From assembly GCA_963766715.1 (NCBI GenBank), contig CAVYBH010000016.1:1-55147 (forward strand): DNA of 55,147 bases, read 5' to 3'. Positions 1 to 11,057 of this stretch are shown piece by piece (positions within the stretch are counted from its first letter, which is position 1; each line of letters begins with the position of its first letter). The stretch comes from an uncultured delta proteobacterium. GTDB taxonomy: Bacteria; Myxococcota; Myxococcia; Myxococcales; Anaeromyxobacteraceae. The notes under the pieces are model-generated. The model was not told the origin of the DNA. It saw nothing but the letters and a program-made list of their open reading frames with translations, and ran no database searches. Position numbers and translations under genes: made by a program.

Positions 1-589
<589 letters not shown>

Positions 590-1174
590 TCAGGCGCCCT
601 GGACCCAGGTGGCGGCCCGCCGGAGCGCCCGCCAGATGGCCCTCGCGAGCAGGAAGAGCAGGGTCAGCAGGGAGAGCGCCAGCACGAGCGCGACCCACGG
701 ATGGCTCCACACCAGCCAGGCCATGCCCGCCACCGTGGAGATCTCCGCGCCGGTGGCGACCGCGTTCGAGAACGGCTCGGGCGAGGCGTCGATGGCGGTC
801 CGCAGCTTCAGCTTGGTCGCGCTGGTGGCGGCGCCGAGGCCGCCGCCGAGGAGGCCGGCCACCGCGATCAGGGCCGGGTTGCCGCCCCAGGTGGCGAGGA
901 TGGCGAGGGCGGCCGCCGCCACCGGCCGCACGGCGAGATGTGTCGCCTCCCAGGCGGTGGCGATGCCCGGAACGAGCGACGCCGCGATCTCCACCGCGGT
1001 CAGGGCGAGCGCCACGCCGAGGACCCAGGGGTTCTCGAGGACGCGCAGCCCCTCGGGCAGGGTGATCCAGCCGAGTCGCCCCGCCGCGCCGGTGAAGGCC
1101 ACGGTGGCGTAGAGGCTGACGCTCGAGGACCAGGCGATCCCGAGCGCCGAGGCGAGGGCGGTGAGAGGAACCAT
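590..1174 (-). CDS. DUF4126-family membrane protein
   Basis: Hydrophobic 194 aa with family-like segments GIAWSSSVSLYATV, LPEGLRVLENPWV and SPEPFSN. Confidence 0.75.
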   Translation of the reverse strand: MVPLTALASALGIAWSSSVSLYATVAFTGAAGRLGWITLPEGLRVLENPWVLGVALALTAVEIAASLVPGIATAWEATHLAVRPVAAAALAILATWGGNPALIAVAGLLGGGLGAATSATKLKLRTAIDASPEPFSNAVATGAEISTVAGMAWLVWSHPWVALVLALSLLTLLFLLARAIWRALRRAATWVQGA

Positions 1175-1180
1175 GCGTCG

Positions 1181-1208
1181 AGCATGGCCTCCCCCGCCCC
1201 GCTGTCAA
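1181..1208 (-). promoter_or_regulatory. Putative sigma-70 promoter of the DUF4126 gene (probably leaderless)
   Basis: TTGACA (1203-1208), 16 nt, CATGCT (1181-1186), 6 nt, ATG (1174); no Shine-Dalgarno. Confidence 0.5.
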
Positions 1209-1215
1209 ATGGCGC

Positions 1216-2183
<968 letters not shown>

Positions 2184-2214
2184 GGCGTTCTCTCCTTTTC
2201 TGGGTTTCGGCCCT

Positions 2215-2664
2215 TCAGATGCTGAAGTCGGGGATGCCCGAGGACTCCTGCACGCGGCGGGCGAGGTCCTCGAGCGTGACCCCGTCGAGCTCGGCCTCGA
2301 GGGCCCGCTCCGCCTCGATCCACAGCTGGTGAAGCGCGCGCGCGGCGCCGGGCGAGGATCCGGCCGGAGCCCGCCGGGGGGCGGGCCGGGCGGCGAGCGC
2401 GTCCGGTCCCTCGACGGCGCGGATCACGTCGCTGGCGCGGATGCGGGAGGGCGCCCGCCCCAGCCGGTGGCCACCGCGGGCGCCGCGCTGGCTCTCGACG
2501 ATGCCGGCCCGGCGCAGCTGGCCCAGGACGGCCTCGAGGAACTTGGCCGGCGCCCCGGTCCGGCGCGCCACGTCGGCGGTCCGGGCGAGCTGGACCGTCT
2601 GCGCGTGGAGCGCGAGGTCGAGGGCGGCCCGGAGGGCGTAGTCGGACTTGAGGCTGAAGCGCAC
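2215..2664 (-). CDS. Rrf2-family transcriptional regulator, CymR-like (no Fe-S cysteines)
   Basis: [39 protein letters not shown]; directly upstream of cysK; contains no Cys. Confidence 0.9.
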   Translation of the reverse strand: MRFSLKSDYALRAALDLALHAQTVQLARTADVARRTGAPAKFLEAVLGQLRRAGIVESQRGARGGHRLGRAPSRIRASDVIRAVEGPDALAARPAPRRAPAGSSPGAARALHQLWIEAERALEAELDGVTLEDLARRVQESSGIPDFSI

Positions 2665-2668
2665 GATG

Positions 2669-2693
2669 AATCCCTATCAAACCTATAGGAATA
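2669..2693. promoter_or_regulatory. Rrf2/CymR-like operator
   Basis: AT-rich imperfect palindrome AATCCCTATCAAACCTATAGGAATA (CCTAT-N7-ATAGG) 4 nt from the rrf2 start, overlapping the -10 and transcription-start region. Confidence 0.7.
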
Positions 2694-2719
2694 GTACCAG
2701 CGCATCCGAGACCGGGCAA
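2691..2719 (-). promoter_or_regulatory. Sigma-70 promoter of rrf2-cysK
   Basis: TTGCCC (2714-2719), 17 nt, TACTAT (2691-2696) with extended TG. Confidence 0.65.
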
Positions 2720-2744
2720 GGCCCGGACGGGTATTGGCCGAAAC

Positions 2745-4772
2745 CTAGCGAGTCGCGGCGGAGGAGGAGTTGGGCGTGGCGCCGCAGACGGCCCAGGTCA
2801 TCGGCGAGGTATTCCCCTTCGCGTCGATGGCGGCGACCTGGAAGCAGCGGCGCTGGCCCGGCTTCAAGCCGTCGACCTTGTACGTGAGGTACCGGGTCGA
2901 CCCGATGCGCTTCTCCCCGTCCCAGAAGACCGCGTACACCACGCCGGGGTCGGGGGAGGGCTGCCAGGTGAGGGCCAGGGAGCGCGGGCCCGCCGGCTCG
3001 ACCCGGAGATCCACGGGGGCCGCCGGGGTTCCAGGGGGCGTGGTCCGGGTGCAGACGGTCGGGGATGGGGCGGAGAGGTTTCCCGCCGCGTCGAAGGCCC
3101 GGAGCTCGTAGCAGTACTCGGCCGCGGGCCCCAGGCCGGACTCGATCCAGGCGGTCGAGCCGGACCGCGCCACGGGCTGGCCCCCGCGCCGGATCTCGTA
3201 GCCGGTCACGCCCACGTCGTCGGTCGACGGGCTCCACGCGAGCGAGACGCGCGACGAGGAGGTCGCGGCGGCCAGGACTCCGCCGGGCGCGCTGGGAGGC
3301 GTGAGGTCGGGCGTACGGGCGCAGGCCGGGGAGGCGTGCGGAGAGCGGTGCCCCGCGGCGTCGAAGGCGCGCACCTCGACGCAGTAGTCGCGCCCGGGCG
3401 CGAGCCCCTTCACCTCCGCGGCGGGCTCGGTCGAGCGAGCGACGACCAGGCCCTCCCGGAGCACCTCGTAGCCGGCGACCCCGACGTTGTCGGTGGAGGC
3501 GACCCAGGAGACCCGCAGCGACCGATCCGAGAGCGGCGTGGCCAGGGGCGAGGCCGGCGAGGTGGGCGGGGTCAGGTCGGGCGTGACCACGCAGGTCGGG
3601 GGAGACGGGTCGGAGAGGTTCCCCGCCGCGTCGCGGGCGCGGACCGTGTAGCAGTGGGCGGTGGACGGGAGGAGCCCTTCGTCGCCGGCTGCCGGCTCCG
3701 TCGAGCGGGCGACGACGCGTCCGTCTCGAGCCACCTCGTAGCCCGTCACGGCCACGTCGTCGGTGGAAGGAGTCCAGCGAAGGACCACCGAGGTCTCCCC
3801 GGGCGCCGAGACGCTCGGCGCGGCGGGCGTGCTGGGCGGCGTCGTGTCGGGCACCACGCCGCAAGCCTCGACGAGCGGGGAGCGGTTTCCGGCCGCATCG
3901 GAGGCGCGCACCCCGAAGCAGTGGCGCCCGGCCGGGAGATCGCCGAGCGAGACCTCGAGGGACCGGGTGGTGAGGACCACCTCCCCGCCGCGGAGCACCT
4001 CGTACCCCGTCACGCCCGTGTCGTCGGCGGAGGCAGGCCAGACCAGGGTCACGGCGCGGGGGCCAGGGACCGCCACCACGGCGGGCGCGCCGGGGGGCGT
4101 CACGTCGGGCGGCGTGACGCAGGCCGCGGAGGAGGGCGGAGAGCGGTTGCCCGCCCGGTCGAGCGCGCGGATCGAGTAGCAGACGGCCTGTGCGGGTCGG
4201 AGCGTCCCGTCGCTCCCGCGGAGCCCGGAGACGGTGGCGAGCAGGCGCCCTCCGCGAAGGAGCTCGTAGCCGACCACCCCGACGTTGTCGGTGGCGGGGG
4301 CCCAGGAGACGGACGCGGAGGTCGGCGAATCGAGCACCACGACCGGGGCCGAAGGCGTCTCCGGCGGCGTGAGGTCCGGCGTGTTCACGCAGGCGCTCGG
4401 CGTCGGCGGCGAGGTCCGGCCGGCGGCGTCGACCGCCCGGACCGAATAGCAGGTGCGCGCGGCGGGCGAGAGGCCGGTGTCGGTGATCGAGAGGGAGCGA
4501 GTCCGCGTCGCCAGGGTTCCGCCGCGGAAGACCTCGTAGGCGACCACGGCCTCGTCGTCGTCGGACGGGCTCCACTTCACCCAGACCGCCGCCTCTCCCG
4601 AGGCCTCGACGCGGAGGCCGCGCGGGGGGCCGGGTGGCGCGTCGAGGCTGCCCGGCTCCCCGGCCGGCCCGGGAGCGGCGCCCCGGACGAAACCCGGACA
4701 GGCGACCGCGACGGCGGCAGCGAGAAACCCTGCGGCGCACCGGGCGCCGGTTCTGTGGGCGATCGTCCTCAT
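2745..4772 (-). CDS. Secreted protein of seven tandem fibronectin type III domains
   Basis: Signal-like N-terminus, then 7 repeats with W..STDxVGVxGYExxR and YxVRAxDAAGNxS motifs; no catalytic domain. Start moved to ATG 4772. Confidence 0.88.
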   Translation of the reverse strand: MRTIAHRTGARCAAGFLAAAVAVACPGFVRGAAPGPAGEPGSLDAPPGPPRGLRVEASGEAAVWVKWSPSDDDEAVVAYEVFRGGTLATRTRSLSITDTGLSPAARTCYSVRAVDAAGRTSPPTPSACVNTPDLTPPETPSAPVVVLDSPTSASVSWAPATDNVGVVGYELLRGGRLLATVSGLRGSDGTLRPAQAVCYSIRALDRAGNRSPPSSAACVTPPDVTPPGAPAVVAVPGPRAVTLVWPASADDTGVTGYEVLRGGEVVLTTRSLEVSLGDLPAGRHCFGVRASDAAGNRSPLVEACGVVPDTTPPSTPAAPSVSAPGETSVVLRWTPSTDDVAVTGYEVARDGRVVARSTEPAAGDEGLLPSTAHCYTVRARDAAGNLSDPSPPTCVVTPDLTPPTSPASPLATPLSDRSLRVSWVASTDNVGVAGYEVLREGLVVARSTEPAAEVKGLAPGRDYCVEVRAFDAAGHRSPHASPACARTPDLTPPSAPGGVLAAATSSSRVSLAWSPSTDDVGVTGYEIRRGGQPVARSGSTAWIESGLGPAAEYCYELRAFDAAGNLSAPSPTVCTRTTPPGTPAAPVDLRVEPAGPRSLALTWQPSPDPGVVYAVFWDGEKRIGSTRYLTYKVDGLKPGQRRCFQVAAIDAKGNTSPMTWAVCGATPNSSSAATR

Positions 4773-4912
4773 GGGCCCCTCTTGCCCATCGGTGACGACA
4801 CCGACCGGCAACCCATGCAGGTCAAAGGTAGCATGCCGGTGCACCGATCGTGATTCGCGAATTCGCGCGCCCTGCCGATACCCAATAGGATGCCGGGGTC
4901 GGAGGAACCCAC

Positions 4913-6385
4913 GTGCGCTTCACCTGCCAGAGCTGCGGCCGTGCCTACTCCGTGAGCGACGAGCTCGCGGGGCGGGCCTTCAAGATGAAGTGCAAGGCCT
5001 GTGGGCAGGAGATCGTCGTCCGCCCCACGGCACCCGCTCGTCCCGCCGCACGCCCCGACCGTGGCCGCGGCACAGCCGGCCCCCCGGTCTCCTCCTCCCC
5101 CGGTCCAGCCAGCGCCGGTCGAGCCGCCGCCCCCACCCCGGGCAGCCCCGCCTCCGCCTCCACCCCCGGCCTCCGCCGGCTCCGCCTCCGCCGAGGCCCC
5201 CGCCGGACGACGACTTCGATCCCTTCGCCGGCCTCGCCGACGAGCTCGAGGCGGAGGTCACGAACGAGCGAGCCGCCGCGCCACCGGCGCCGCCCCCGCC
5301 CGAACCGCCTCCGCCTCGCTCCTCCGGCGCCTGCGCCGGCGTACCCGCTGCGGCATCCCCTGCTCCCCCGGCATCGATCCCGGCTGCCGCGCCGACGGAT
5401 GGAGCCGCGGAGGATCGCGAGGAGGGGCAAGGCCGCGGCCCCTCGCCGAGGGCCAGCGAGCGTCCTCATCCCCCCTCCGCGACCGCCGCCCCGCCGGTCG
5501 CTCCTGGTTCCGGGCCTGATCCTCGTCGCGATCCTCGTGGCCCTGGGCGCCGGCATGTACTTCCTCGGCGGCAAGAAGGGCGGAAGCGCCGCGCCCTCGC
5601 CAGAGGCGACGGCCCAGCCAGCCCCGAAGGTCCAGCCGGAGCCCGTCAGCGCCGCGCCGCCCGCGGCCGCGGAGCCCGCTGCCCCGGCGCCTGCCGCCGC
5701 TCCCGCGCCGCAGCCGTCGAAGGCCGAGCCAGCCCTACCTGCCGCGGCCCCCAGGAGCGCGCCGACAGCGCCGCCCGCCTCGTCGCCCCCCGCGCCCCGG
5801 AACGCCCTCCCCACTCGCGCCGAGCGCGCCGCGGCCGAGGCCGCCACGATCCCCGCCCCGCGGCCCGCGGCCGCCCGCCCCCCGCGTCGTCCCGTGCCGA
5901 GCCGGTCCCCGAGCCCAGGCCCGCTGCACCCGCAGCGGCGCCGGCCGCTCCGCCCCAGGCCGCTCCCGAGCCGGCGCCCCAGCCCGCCGTGGCCGCGCCC
6001 GTCGCTGCCCCGGCCCAGCCAGCCGCCGCCTCCCCGGCCGCCGAACCTGCCGCGCCCCCGGCGCCGCTGAAGGAGGAGTCGGCCCCGCGCTACGTCGGTG
6101 ACGGGTTCCAGGCGCCGCACCTCGCGGTCCGCACCTGCCTCTCGGACAACCTCCGGCTTCCCGCCCAGCTCGACAGCGCGACGCCGGAACAGGTGACGGT
6201 GAGGCTCGCGGTCTCGGCGACCGGCGAGGCTTCCCGGATCCAGGTGATGGGGCAAGATCGCCGATCCGCGCATCACCGAGGCCGTCCGGCGCGCCGTGCA
6301 GGCCTGCGAATGGGTTCCCGGCGCCGACGCCCAGGGGAAGCCCACCGCGCTCTGGGTCGTCCAGCCGCTCCGGCTCAGCCGGTAG
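4913..6385 (+). CDS. Zinc-ribbon / Pro-rich / TM / TonB-C-like protein (GltJ/AgmX-like architecture; several frameshifts)
   Basis: MRFTCQSCGRAYSVSDELAGRAFKMKCKACG (MJ0042-type finger), TM LLVPGLILVAILVALGAGMYFLG, C-terminus VTVRLAVSATGEASRIQV...AVRRAVQACEWVPGADAQGKP. GGAGG RBS. Confidence 0.7.
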
Positions 6386-6404
6386 GCGGAGCCCCCGGCC
6401 GCCC

Positions 6405-6848
6405 TCAGCGGACCGGCAGGATCTTGCGCATCTTCACGTGGGGTACGCCTTCCTCGAGGAAGGTCTCCCCCTCCGCCACGTAGCCGCGCTTGGCGTAGAA
6501 CGTCACCGCCGGGAGCTGCGAGTGGACGGTGATCTCCCGGAGGCCGCGCAGCTCCGCCATGCGCTCCAGGGCCTCGAGCACGGCGGCGCCCACTCCCGAC
6601 TTCCGGTAGGACTGCGCGGTCGCCATGCGCCCCACCTGGCAGGTGCGCGTGTCGAGGCGCACGGCGCGTCCGGTCCCCACGCAGTTGCCCTCGTCGTCGA
6701 GGGCCACGACGTGGTCGGCGTTGAAATCCAGCGCGTCGCGGTCGAGGGGCCGGGGCACGTTCTGCTCGACCTCGAAGACCAGGCGGCGCAGCTCGTAGGC
6801 CAGGTCGCGGTCCTGGGTCGTGGAGGCGAATCGGACATGGTAGGCCAT
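6405..6848 (-). CDS. GNAT N-acetyltransferase (ElaA/YjcF-like)
   Basis: LRRLVFEVEQNVP, QVGRMA...RKSGVG, FYAKRGY...GETFLEEGVPHVKM. Confidence 0.9.
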   Translation of the reverse strand: MAYHVRFASTTQDRDLAYELRRLVFEVEQNVPRPLDRDALDFNADHVVALDDEGNCVGTGRAVRLDTRTCQVGRMATAQSYRKSGVGAAVLEALERMAELRGLREITVHSQLPAVTFYAKRGYVAEGETFLEEGVPHVKMRKILPVR

Positions 6849-6924
6849 GGACCGATCCTTACCCGAACCAGGGGCGGCGCCGCCAGAGGGACGCGCTCGC
6901 CGGCTCCGTGATAGCAAGGTCGGC

Positions 6925-7704
6925 ATGCAGCCCTGGGAGACGGTGGAGCGGGCCCGCGTCGGCGACGGCACCGAGCTGTCGCTGGCCCGTCGCGGCGACG
7001 AGTGGGTGGTCCGCTACGGCGGTCGCGTCCTCATGTCGAGCCGCCAGCACGGCTCGGAGGACGCCCTGGCCGACCTGGCGCTCTCCCGCGTCGAGCGGGA
7101 CGGCGGCGTCCGGACGGTCCTCATCGGCGGCCTCGGCCTGGGGTACACGCTGCGCGCCACGCTCGACCGCGTCGGTCCCGAGGCCCGGGTGGTGGTGGCG
7201 GAGATCTCGCCGGAGCTGGTGGCCTGGAACCGCGGACCCCTGGCGCACCTGGCGGGGAGCCCCCTCGACGATCCCCGGACCCGGCTCCAGATCGGCGACG
7301 TGGTGGCGCGGATCACCGAGGCGAACGGCGCCTTCGACGCCATCCTGCTCGACGTGGACAACAGCCCGTCGTCGATGGTGCTGGCCGGCAACGACCGCCT
7401 CTACGGGGGGCGCGGCGTGAAGGCCTGCGCGCGTGCGCTCTCGCGAGGCGGGGTGCTGGCGGTCTGGTCGGCCGGGCCGGACGCGCCCTACGTCGAGCGG
7501 CTCGAGCGGGCCGGCCTGGCGGCCCGGGCGGTGACCGTGCCGGCGCGCGGCCCGGGCGGAGGCGGGGCGCGCCACGTCATCTTCCTGGGAGTGAAGGAGG
7601 CGGCTAGCCCTCGCCGCCCCGGAAGAGCCGCGCCCCCAGCCCGAACCCGGCCACCCCCACGAGGAGCAGGGCCCCGACCGGCCAGGCCATCTCGGAAGCG
7701 CTGA
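6925..7704 (+). CDS. Spermidine-synthase-like SAM-dependent methyltransferase
   Basis: VLMSSRQHGSE, VLIGGLGLGYT, FDAILLDVDN, GGVLAVWSA. The 3' end overlaps the convergent permease, so the end is uncertain. Confidence 0.82.
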   Translation: MQPWETVERARVGDGTELSLARRGDEWVVRYGGRVLMSSRQHGSEDALADLALSRVERDGGVRTVLIGGLGLGYTLRATLDRVGPEARVVVAEISPELVAWNRGPLAHLAGSPLDDPRTRLQIGDVVARITEANGAFDAILLDVDNSPSSMVLAGNDRLYGGRGVKACARALSRGGVLAVWSAGPDAPYVERLERAGLAARAVTVPARGPGGGGARHVIFLGVKEAASPRRPGRAAPPARTRPPPRGAGPRPARPSRKR

Positions 7705-8890
7705 AGCCTCGCCAGGTCGCGCCTTCCAGCGCGAGGATCCCCCACTTCACCGGGCTCACGTTGCTCACCGTCTGCATCCAGGACGGCATGACGAAGAGCG
7801 GGATCATCCCGCCGCCGAACATGGCGAGCGGCATCATGATGGCCCATCCGAGGCCGCTGGTCGCCTGCTCGGTCTTTCCCAGCACGGCGACCGTCATCAT
7901 GATGCCGACGAAGCAGACCGCCACCGCGAGGGCGGCGATCGCGAGCATCGCCCAGGACGCGGGACGGATGCCGAAGAAGGTCGCGCCGAGGGCGAGCAGC
8001 AGGGTCTCGACCGCCAGGATGGTGACGAAGCAGGCCAGCGCCTTTCCGGCGAGCACGTCCCGGCGGGAGAGGGGTGAGGTCTCGAGGCGCATCAGCGTGC
8101 CCCGGGTGCGCTCGGTGACGAGCGAGAGCGCGAAGCCCAGCGCACTGCCGATGACGCCCCAGAGGATCCCCTGCGGGAACGTGAAGTCGAAGGCGGACGC
8201 CGGCCCGACCTTCTCGTTCCGCACCTCGCGCAGCTCGATCTCGATCGGCTTCCAGCCGGATGGCTGGCCGCCGGAGTCCCCGCCGGCCGCCTCGCGGGGC
8301 CGGTCCAGGAAGGTGCGCAGCTCCCCCAGGAACTTCGTCGTCGGCTCACGGTCGGGGGCGCCGGGCGCCGCGGCCAGGTCCTCGAGCGACCGGTCGACGA
8401 GGCCCCGCGTCTTCGCCGGATCGGTGAAGAGATCCTGCATGGACTGCATGGCCGCGCCGGTGAGGATGCCCTGGAGCATGGACCCCTCCGCCTTCCGGGC
8501 CGGGTCGACCTCGAGCTCGAGCTTGCGAGGCGCCCCGTAGAAGAGCCGCCCGGAGGCCTCACCGTAGCCGGCCGGCACGATCACCGCGGCGGAGCGCTTC
8601 CCCTGGCGGACGAGCCGCGTGGCCTCCTCTCGATCCGACGCGGTGACCTGGAGCCCGGCCTCGGCCTGCAGGCGCGAGAGGAGCTGCGCCGAGTCGGGGG
8701 TCCGGTCCAGGTCGACGAACGCCACCGGGATGCGCCCCTTCTCCCCGCCGCCTCCGAAGACGTAGCCGAAGAAGAGGGCCATCAGGATGGGCCACCCGAG
8801 CGCGAAGAAGAACGTCGCCCGGTTGCGGGAGAGGAGGCGGAGGTCCTTGCCGGCGAGCGCGACAATCGCGCGAAGGCGGGTGGAGTCCAT
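7604..8890 (-). CDS. ABC-2 type exporter permease
   Basis: KDLRLLSRNR N-terminus, large extracytoplasmic loop, ERTRGTLMRL, GGGMIP..MPSWMQ. Confidence 0.9.
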   Translation of the reverse strand: MDSTRLRAIVALAGKDLRLLSRNRATFFFALGWPILMALFFGYVFGGGGEKGRIPVAFVDLDRTPDSAQLLSRLQAEAGLQVTASDREEATRLVRQGKRSAAVIVPAGYGEASGRLFYGAPRKLELEVDPARKAEGSMLQGILTGAAMQSMQDLFTDPAKTRGLVDRSLEDLAAAPGAPDREPTTKFLGELRTFLDRPREAAGGDSGGQPSGWKPIEIELREVRNEKVGPASAFDFTFPQGILWGVIGSALGFALSLVTERTRGTLMRLETSPLSRRDVLAGKALACFVTILAVETLLLALGATFFGIRPASWAMLAIAALAVAVCFVGIMMTVAVLGKTEQATSGLGWAIMMPLAMFGGGMIPLFVMPSWMQTVSNVSPVKWGILALEGATWRGFSASEMAWPVGALLLVGVAGFGLGARLFRGGEG

Positions 8891-9735
8891 CAGTCTCGCA
8901 GCCTCCGCCCGGTGAGGTTCAGGAACACCGCCTCGAGGTCGGCTCGCTCGACGCGGAAGTCCTCCACCGCGCCGGCGGCGAGGATGCGCTGGAGCTCACC
9001 GGCCGGGTCCCGGGTGGGAATGCGCCGCTCCACGCCGCGCTCGCGCACCACGAGCACCGGATCGCCGCCGTGGCCCGAGAGGAGCTCCGGGACGGTTCCC
9101 ATCGCCAGGACGCGGCCGTGGTCGACGATGGCGACCCGGTCGCAGATTCGCGAGGCCTCCTCCATGTAGTGGGTGGTGTAGACGATGGCGCGGTCCTGTC
9201 CGCGCAGCTCCACGACCCGGTCGAGGATGGCGTTTCGCGACTGCGGATCCACCCCCACGGTGGGCTCGTCGAGAAGGACCAGCTCCGGGTCGTGGACGAG
9301 CGCCGCGGCCAGGTTGAGCCGCCGCTTCATCCCCCCGGAGAGCTCCCCCGCCCGATCCTTCCGCCGATCCTGGAGCCCGGAGAAGTCGAGCGCCCAGGCC
9401 ACCCGGCCCTCGAGCGCGCGCCCCGAGAGGCCCTGGACCCGCGCGAAGAACCGGAGGTTCTCCTCGGGCGTGAGGGCCTCGTAGAGGGCGAGCGCCTGCG
9501 GCGCGACGCCCAGGCGCCTCCGGACGTCGGGCCGGCGCGGGGATCCGCGCCCGTCCACGTCGACGGTCCCCTGATCGGGGGCCACGAGCCCGACGGCCAT
9601 GTGGATGGTCGTGCTCTTGCCGGCCCCGTTCGGGCCGAGCAGTCCCAGGATCTCCCCCCGATGCACCTCGAGCGAGAGGCCGTCGACCGCGACCCGATCG
9701 CCGAACCGCTTGTGGAGTCCCTGCAGCGTCAGCAC
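8890..9735 (-). CDS. ABC exporter ATP-binding protein
   Basis: Walker A GPNGAGKST, signature LSGGMKRR, Walker B LLDEPT, H-loop TTHY. Confidence 0.95.
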   Translation of the reverse strand: MLTLQGLHKRFGDRVAVDGLSLEVHRGEILGLLGPNGAGKSTTIHMAVGLVAPDQGTVDVDGRGSPRRPDVRRRLGVAPQALALYEALTPEENLRFFARVQGLSGRALEGRVAWALDFSGLQDRRKDRAGELSGGMKRRLNLAAALVHDPELVLLDEPTVGVDPQSRNAILDRVVELRGQDRAIVYTTHYMEEASRICDRVAIVDHGRVLAMGTVPELLSGHGGDPVLVVRERGVERRIPTRDPAGELQRILAAGAVEDFRVERADLEAVFLNLTGRRLRD

Positions 9736-9848
9736 CGGGACATCCTAGGGAGCGGAGGGCCGCTGCGCCCAACCCCTCCGGGGCCAATGTGTCGATTCGT
9801 GAACCGGCGATCCGGGGGGTCCCGTCTCGGCTAGTCTCGGTGGCTGGA

Positions 9849-10280
9849 ATGGAAGCGCGAAGGCCGCGAATCCTGATCGTCGACGACCTCGAGGACCACC
9901 GGGAACTGCTCTCCCAGGTGCTCGTCGACCTCGGCTACGCGGTGACGTCGGCCGGCGACGGGCAGGCCGCGCTCGATTCGATCGAGGACGGCATCCGGCC
10001 CGACCTGGTCCTGCTCGACCTGTGGATGCCGGTGATGGACGGCGCGGAGCTCCTCTCCCGCCTCCGGGCCCACGGGGATCCGGAGGTGGCCCGCATCCCC
10101 GTGGTGCTCATGACCGCCGACCCGATCGCCGCCCCGGAGCGGACGGTGGGCGCGCTTCCCGACCTCACCCTCACCAAGCCGTTCGGCCTGAAGGAGCTCC
10201 GGCAGGTGGTGCTGAAGTTTTGCGGACCGGGCGCCAGCGTCGCGCGCTGGCCGTCGCCGCCGGCTCAGGATCGGGCATAG
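9849..10280 (+). CDS. Single-domain response regulator
   Basis: ILIVDD, DLVLLDLWMPVMDG, MTA, KPF. Confidence 0.9.
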   Translation: MEARRPRILIVDDLEDHRELLSQVLVDLGYAVTSAGDGQAALDSIEDGIRPDLVLLDLWMPVMDGAELLSRLRAHGDPEVARIPVVLMTADPIAAPERTVGALPDLTLTKPFGLKELRQVVLKFCGPGASVARWPSPPAQDRA

Positions 10281-11020
10281 CCCGCGGCCCGGTACACGAG
10301 CCGGCCCGCCAGCTCGCGCAGCACGTCGGTGCTGCGATCGAGGGCGCTGGCGCGCGGCAGGAAGCTGCCGAGCTTGGCGCCCGCGCGGACGTCCACGGGC
10401 AGCACGTCGGGTGACAGCCCCGCGGCCCGGAAGCTGGCGAGGGCTCGCGGCGCGTGCATGGCGCTCGTCACGAGGAGCAGCGACCTCCACCCGCGGGCCT
10501 GGACGATGCGGGCGCTCTGCTCGGCGTTCTCGCGGGTGTTCCGGCTCTCCCGCTCCAGCACGATGCGCTCGGCCGGGATGCCGAGCCGCCGGTAGAGCGC
10601 CGCGGCCCAGTCGGCCTCGACGGGCCCCGAGGGATCCGGGCCTCCCGCCGAGAGCAGGACGTGCCGCGCCCGGCCAGACTGCAGGAGCTCGAAGCCGGTG
10701 ACGATCCGGTCGCCGGCCGCGTTCAGCTCGGCCTCCCCGATCGCCTCGGAGGCGGCCGGGTCGATGCCCCCTCCCAGCACGATGACCGCGTCGTAGACGG
10801 CGTCGGGACGGAAGGTTCGCCTCGCCGGCGCCTCGGCGGCGCGGGTGAGCGCATTCGCCACGGGCTCGATCGAGAAGGCGTACAGGACGACCACCGCGGC
10901 TCCGGCCAGCCAGGGGGCGGCGCCGCGCCGGCGCCACAGGAGCGCGCCGAGGAGGAGCAGGAGCGCCCAGGAGAGCGGGGCGAGGAGCAGGTCGAGGAGC
11001 TTGGAGAGGACGAAGAACAC
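10265..11020 (-). CDS. YdcF/ElyC (DUF218) family protein
   Basis: MFFVLSKLL N-terminal TMs, AVIVLGGG, ESRNTRENA, LVTSAMHAPRA. Confidence 0.88.
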   Translation of the reverse strand: MFFVLSKLLDLLLAPLSWALLLLLGALLWRRRGAAPWLAGAAVVVLYAFSIEPVANALTRAAEAPARRTFRPDAVYDAVIVLGGGIDPAASEAIGEAELNAAGDRIVTGFELLQSGRARHVLLSAGGPDPSGPVEADWAAALYRRLGIPAERIVLERESRNTRENAEQSARIVQARGWRSLLLVTSAMHAPRALASFRAAGLSPDVLPVDVRAGAKLGSFLPRASALDRSTDVLRELAGRLVYRAAGYARS

Positions 11021-11057
11021 GCATGGGAGCATAGCCGGTCCGGAGGAGGCGGCTAAT

